Shown here: positions 61,296-63,427 of the stretch, in pieces
Numbering within the stretch: position 1 is the first letter of the stretch
How the letters are laid out: every line of letters begins with the position of its first letter
Assembly: GCA_900617105.1 (NCBI GenBank)
Contig: UYFQ01000438.1
Coordinates: 1 to 63,427 of the forward strand
DNA length: 63,427 nucleotides
DNA from: Hydrurus foetidus
Taxonomy: Eukaryota
Reading direction: 5' to 3'
Program-made: the position numbers and the translations under genes
The notes under the pieces: generated by a model
Databases searched by the model: none
What the model was told of the DNA's origin: nothing
The model's input: only the letters and a program-made list of their open reading frames with translations

Positions 61296-63427
61296 TTAGG
61301 CTGATGTCTCAATGTTTCTGGGAATGAAATGTTTCATTTTGTTATCCCGTAAATAATCATGGAGTGCTTCACAGAGCCGTAGTGATTTCCACGGCTCCCA
61401 TGTATTATGAGAATCATCGTAGTTGAGCCATTTAACATGGAACGACATTGTAGTCGGTTTCTTGGTGTCACCAGCGTGGCCCAGAACTTTCTCAACCACG
61501 AACTCCATGTAATCGCGACGAGCAGTGTCAGCAGGTATATCTACCTCTGGGTCATAATTGAATATCTTCAAATTTTTGACATGAACACTTCGTGTCTTGT
61601 GGTTAACAAGGTTAGCGATAACATACTCGGACCCCTTAAGGGAGACAATACAGTAAGGGCCATGCCACTTAGTATGTAATCGAGTTGGAGGTCGATCAGT
61701 GTATCGGCATAAGACATATGACCCCACGGGGAACACAGTCGCTGATTCAGCTGACGCGGCATTTTTAGCATCCGCCGTCAACAAAGTTTGAACCGCAGTT
61801 TCAAGTACTTTGTCTTGTACACTTATCAAATCTGATATGTACGTTGATCTTGAATGTGTTCCAACACTTAAGTGTGGAGTGAGAATACCACGATTCAAAT
61901 CAAGTTTGTTCCCGAACAGTAAATGAGCGGGGCAGACACCTGTGCGTCTATTAACGGAACCGTTAATGATTCGTTGCACGAATGGGATTGACTTAGCATA
62001 TCCCTCAAGGGTTTGTTTATCAAAAACTAAACCTCTTAAGTGTCTATTCACCTCTTTGTTGACTCTTTCAACAATTGCATTCTCTTGTTTCGAGTAAGCA
62101 AGGGTGAGATTATGTGGTGTCCCACAAAGATCTAAGAAATCTTTGATCAAATCATTTGCGAAATGTGATCCTCGATCAGATCTAATCATATTTGGTGAAC
62201 CAAATCGACCAAAATGCGCAAGCAAACAGTCAGCTGCTGATTTAGCATCTGCGTTTGCACACCAGAACAATTCTGTCCATCGTGTGAATGTATCGATGAT
62301 GACTAGGATATAACCTTTGTCAGGAAATGGACCAATAAAGTCAACATTTAGCGTATCGAAGATAGCATAATTTGAAGTCGCAAAGTGAGACGCATTGATC
62401 TTAGGATCTTTTGCGCTCAACTTTTTGACAACACGGACAGTTCTGTATGAACGTACGTACATGTTGTTTCATGTGTTTCCATACTTGTTGTAAACTAAAC
62501 AACCGAGTAAGGGTACGGTCTACGCCGTTGTGACCGACAATTGCATTGTGGCACATTTGAATGTATTCTAACTGATCGTCTGAAGCTGGTTCTATGACCG
62601 TCAGAGCTGATACAGTGAAAGAAGATGATGAAGTAGGAAGTAATTCCAATTCTTCTGTTCGTAATGGCAGAGCAATCTCTGTCAAATTAGGACAAAGCCT
62701 TGACAGTGCGTCTGCCAAAACATTCGAAGTCCCGGGTACGAATACCACGGTAAAATCTAGTTCTTGCATAGCAATGAACCATCTCGCCACCATTGAGGTA
62801 GGATTTTGTTTCATATATGTTATGTTCAAATGATCCGTATGGATAGTGAACGTACGATCTCTGATTAGATAATCGAGTTGTGTACAACAAAAGAAGATGG
62901 CATAAGCCTCCTTTTGTATCGTAGACCACCTTATTTGTGTAGGTGTTAACGATTTGCTAATGAAAGCAATTGGTTGCCAAATGGTACCAACAACTTGGAA
63001 TAAGACTCCACCGATACCAAAGTCGGATGCGTCTGTATACAAGCGGATGTCTAACTTATTGTCATCAATGAAGTACATTAATGGACAACGAGATATAGCA
63101 ATCTTTGTGTCAACGAATGAGTTGGTGCTCTTTTGAGTCCAAACTACAGCAGAACGTCTTGGAGCAGAGTGATCAATCATATCCTGCATTGGCTTAACCA
63201 AAGTGGAGTGCATTGGTACAAACTGTCGAAAATAGTTCGCTAAACCCAAAAATGACCTGAGTAAGGTTAAATTTTTAGGTATAGAAAAGTTTAAAACTGT
63301 TTCTATCTTCTCTTTTGACATGGATAAACCATCTTTGTCAACGACTCTGCCAACGTATTCAATACGTGGAAGGCCGAAACGGCATTTTTTAGCTTTGAGT
63401 CTTAGACCCTTAAGTCTAAATCTAGCT
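61296..63427 (-). CDS. pol: Gypsy Pol (RT C-terminus, RNase H, integrase, chromodomain) with one frameshift
   Basis: RSFLGLANYFR, LYTDASDFGIG, IHTDH, ADALSR, H-H-CPCC zinc finger, VDFIGP, IRSDRG, ENAIVERVN, WHGPY and VKWLNY. Frameshift at the T5 run 62422-62426. Confidence 0.92.

Larger units (their letters stand above)
60732..63427 (-). mobile_element. Ty3/Gypsy chromovirus LTR retrotransposon, 3' part (truncated by window end)
   Basis: Domain order RT end, RNase H, integrase, chromodomain. Purine tract at about 60939-60960 and putative 3' LTR 60732-60938. Confidence 0.92.

Overview
Eukaryotic nuclear DNA with GT-AG introns. The host is probably a flagellated, plastid-bearing stramenopile (inferred from CEP41/ULK4/KIF9, an ASAFAP-type presequence and a CryptonS-like gene). 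Host genes: ANTH-like protein, CEP41, UBZ-AlkB dioxygenase, RPS3A, ULK4/RUNKEL, a small plastid-targeted protein, KIF9, DHCR7, threonine dehydratase, a BIN4-like protein and a multi-exon hypothetical gene. Mobile DNA is abundant: two Ty3/Gypsy chromovirus 3' halves at the window ends, a P-like TIR element and a related MITE (both with 7-bp TSDs), three other foldback/MITE elements, and a Crypton-type tyrosine recombinase gene with a decayed paralog. The most notable structure is a 10.4-kb Helitron2/Helentron-like element (37721-48153, minus strand). It has 11-bp asymmetric inverted repeats, terminal hairpins and an apparent 8-bp TSD. It encodes an OTU protease joined directly to a Pif1-type helicase C-terminus, and it carries a nested tandem array rich in ACGCGT hairpins. 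All family calls come from motif recognition by eye; no database searches were run, and exon boundaries are manual.
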